DNA from: a virus
Lineage: Duplodnaviria; Caudoviricetes
IMG/VR virus record: IMGVR_UViG_2675903153_000001
Location: 3,467-67,466 of that record
Strand: one strand, 5' to 3'
Length of the DNA: 64,000 nucleotides
The position numbers and the translations under genes were made by a program. Positions 62,841-64,000 of the stretch are shown here, piece by piece. Under the pieces are notes generated by a model. That model was not told the origin of the DNA and searched no databases. It saw only the letters and a program-made list of their open reading frames with translations. How positions within the stretch are numbered: the first letter of the stretch is position 1; every line of letters starts with the position of its first letter.

Positions 62841-64000
62841 TGCCCCCGAGGCGCAACTTCGGCACGACGTGGTGGGGCCGCGCCTGGGTCGACGCCCTGG
62901 AACAACGCGCCAAGCTCGACCCGAACCGGCTGCCGCGCGGGCGGACGTACGCGCGCAAGGGCACGGTCAGCGAGCTGCACTTCGGCGCCGGTGCGATGAC
63001 GGCGCGGGTGCGCGGCAGCCGGCCGCAGCCGTACAAGGTGACCATCACCATGCGCACCTTCACCGACGGCGAGTGGGACACCCTGCTCGGCGTCGTCGGC
63101 ACGCGGCTCGGCCACGCGGCCGCCCTGCTCGACGGCGAACTGCCGGCCGCGCTGGCCGAGCAGGCGCGCGAGGCGGGCGCCGACCTGCTGCCCGGCCCGG
63201 GCGACCTGCGGCCGCGGTGCTCGTGTCCGGACTCGGCGAACCCGTGCAAGCACGTCGCCGCGGTGTACTACCTGGTCGCCGACGAGGTGGACCGCGACCC
63301 GTTCACGCTGTTCCTGCTGCGCGGCCGCCCCCGCGCGGACGTCCTGGCCGAGCTGCGAGCCCGCCGCTCTCCGACGCGCGGCGAGAAGCCGAAGCTGCCG
63401 AAGCGCGTCGACGAGGGCCTCACGCCCCGCGCGGCCTACGCCCGCCGCCCGGCCGCGATCCCCGCGTTGCCCCCGCCACCGCGAGTGGCCGGCCCACCCG
63501 CGGTCCTGGACCTGGACCCACCACCGAGCACCGGCTGGACGGCGGCGGCGCTCTCCGGCCTGGCGGCGGACGCGGCCTCGCTGGCCCGCGACCTTCTGCA
63601 CACCGGCCCGACGGCAACCCAGCTGACGTTCGAGGAAGACCTGGCCCGCCGGGCGGCGAGCCGCTCCGGCTCGGACTTCACCGCTCTGGCCACCGCCGCC
63701 GAGGTGCCGGCGCGAGAGCTGGTCCTCTGGGCGGAGGCGTGGCGCGAAGCCGGCCGCGCGGGCTTGGCGGTCGTGCGCGAGACGTGGCAACCGGGCCCGG
63801 GCCCGTTGGCCGAAGCACAGGCAGTCCTGGCCGACGCGGGTCTGCCGGGAAAGCCGAAGGTGTGGCGCAACCGCCTGACGCAGGGAGAGCTGCAGCTGCG
63901 CTACGGCCGCGACGCCCGCTGGTACCGATTCGTCCGCGAGGGAACGGAGTGGCGCCTCGACGGCCCACCCTCGGCGAGCCCGGTGGACCTGGCCTACTGA
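62837..64000 (+). CDS. Host SWIM zinc-finger protein
   Basis: FGTTWWGRAW, RGRTYAR, CSCPD...CKHVAAV; ATGA coupling; stop at 63998-64000. Confidence 0.92.
   Translation: MMPPRRNFGTTWWGRAWVDALEQRAKLDPNRLPRGRTYARKGTVSELHFGAGAMTARVRGSRPQPYKVTITMRTFTDGEWDTLLGVVGTRLGHAAALLDGELPAALAEQAREAGADLLPGPGDLRPRCSCPDSANPCKHVAAVYYLVADEVDRDPFTLFLLRGRPRADVLAELRARRSPTRGEKPKLPKRVDEGLTPRAAYARRPAAIPALPPPPRVAGPPAVLDLDPPPSTGWTAAALSGLAADAASLARDLLHTGPTATQLTFEEDLARRAASRSGSDFTALATAAEVPARELVLWAEAWREAGRAGLAVVRETWQPGPGPLAEAQAVLADAGLPGKPKVWRNRLTQGELQLRYGRDARWYRFVREGTEWRLDGPPSASPVDLAY

Overview
High-GC actinobacterial DNA, probably Pseudonocardiaceae/Amycolatopsis-like (inference). About 1-60,000 is a temperate siphovirus prophage whose left end lies outside the window; 60,102-64,000 is a host SNF2 helicase-SWIM operon. 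Prophage order: repressor/cro switch; early and replication genes (C5 methyltransferase with a nested out-of-frame gene, PD-(D/E)XK exonuclease, triplicated Zn-finger genes, prim-pol, AAA helicase, repeat-rich candidate origin, RuvC-like resolvase); ParB, a second C5 MTase, HNH, terminase and HK97-type head; an inserted glycosyltransferase/2OG-Fe(II) oxygenase/methyltransferase cassette followed by extra structural-looking genes including a Thr-rich 20-aa repeat protein; tail; lysis; a 15-kb mostly leftward accessory region; xis, a DUF6214-like gene and a tyrosine integrase. The most unusual signal is non-coding. At 54,360-54,828 (minus strand), directly downstream of a conserved 243-aa protein, two 73-nt circularly permuted tRNA-like cloverleaves run T-arm, CCA-containing acceptor hairpin, D-arm, with no anticodon loop. 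Each has a shared leader motif, and a (GACTCA)4 repeat and an isolated tRNA-Asn anticodon hairpin lie nearby. Other highlights: a PLOD-like hydroxylate/glycosylate/methylate virion cassette, a stand-alone NB-ARC domain with dead Walker motifs, a BldD-like regulator lacking c-di-GMP motifs, and tandem Lsr2 paralogs. All family calls are by motif recognition from memory; no database search was run.
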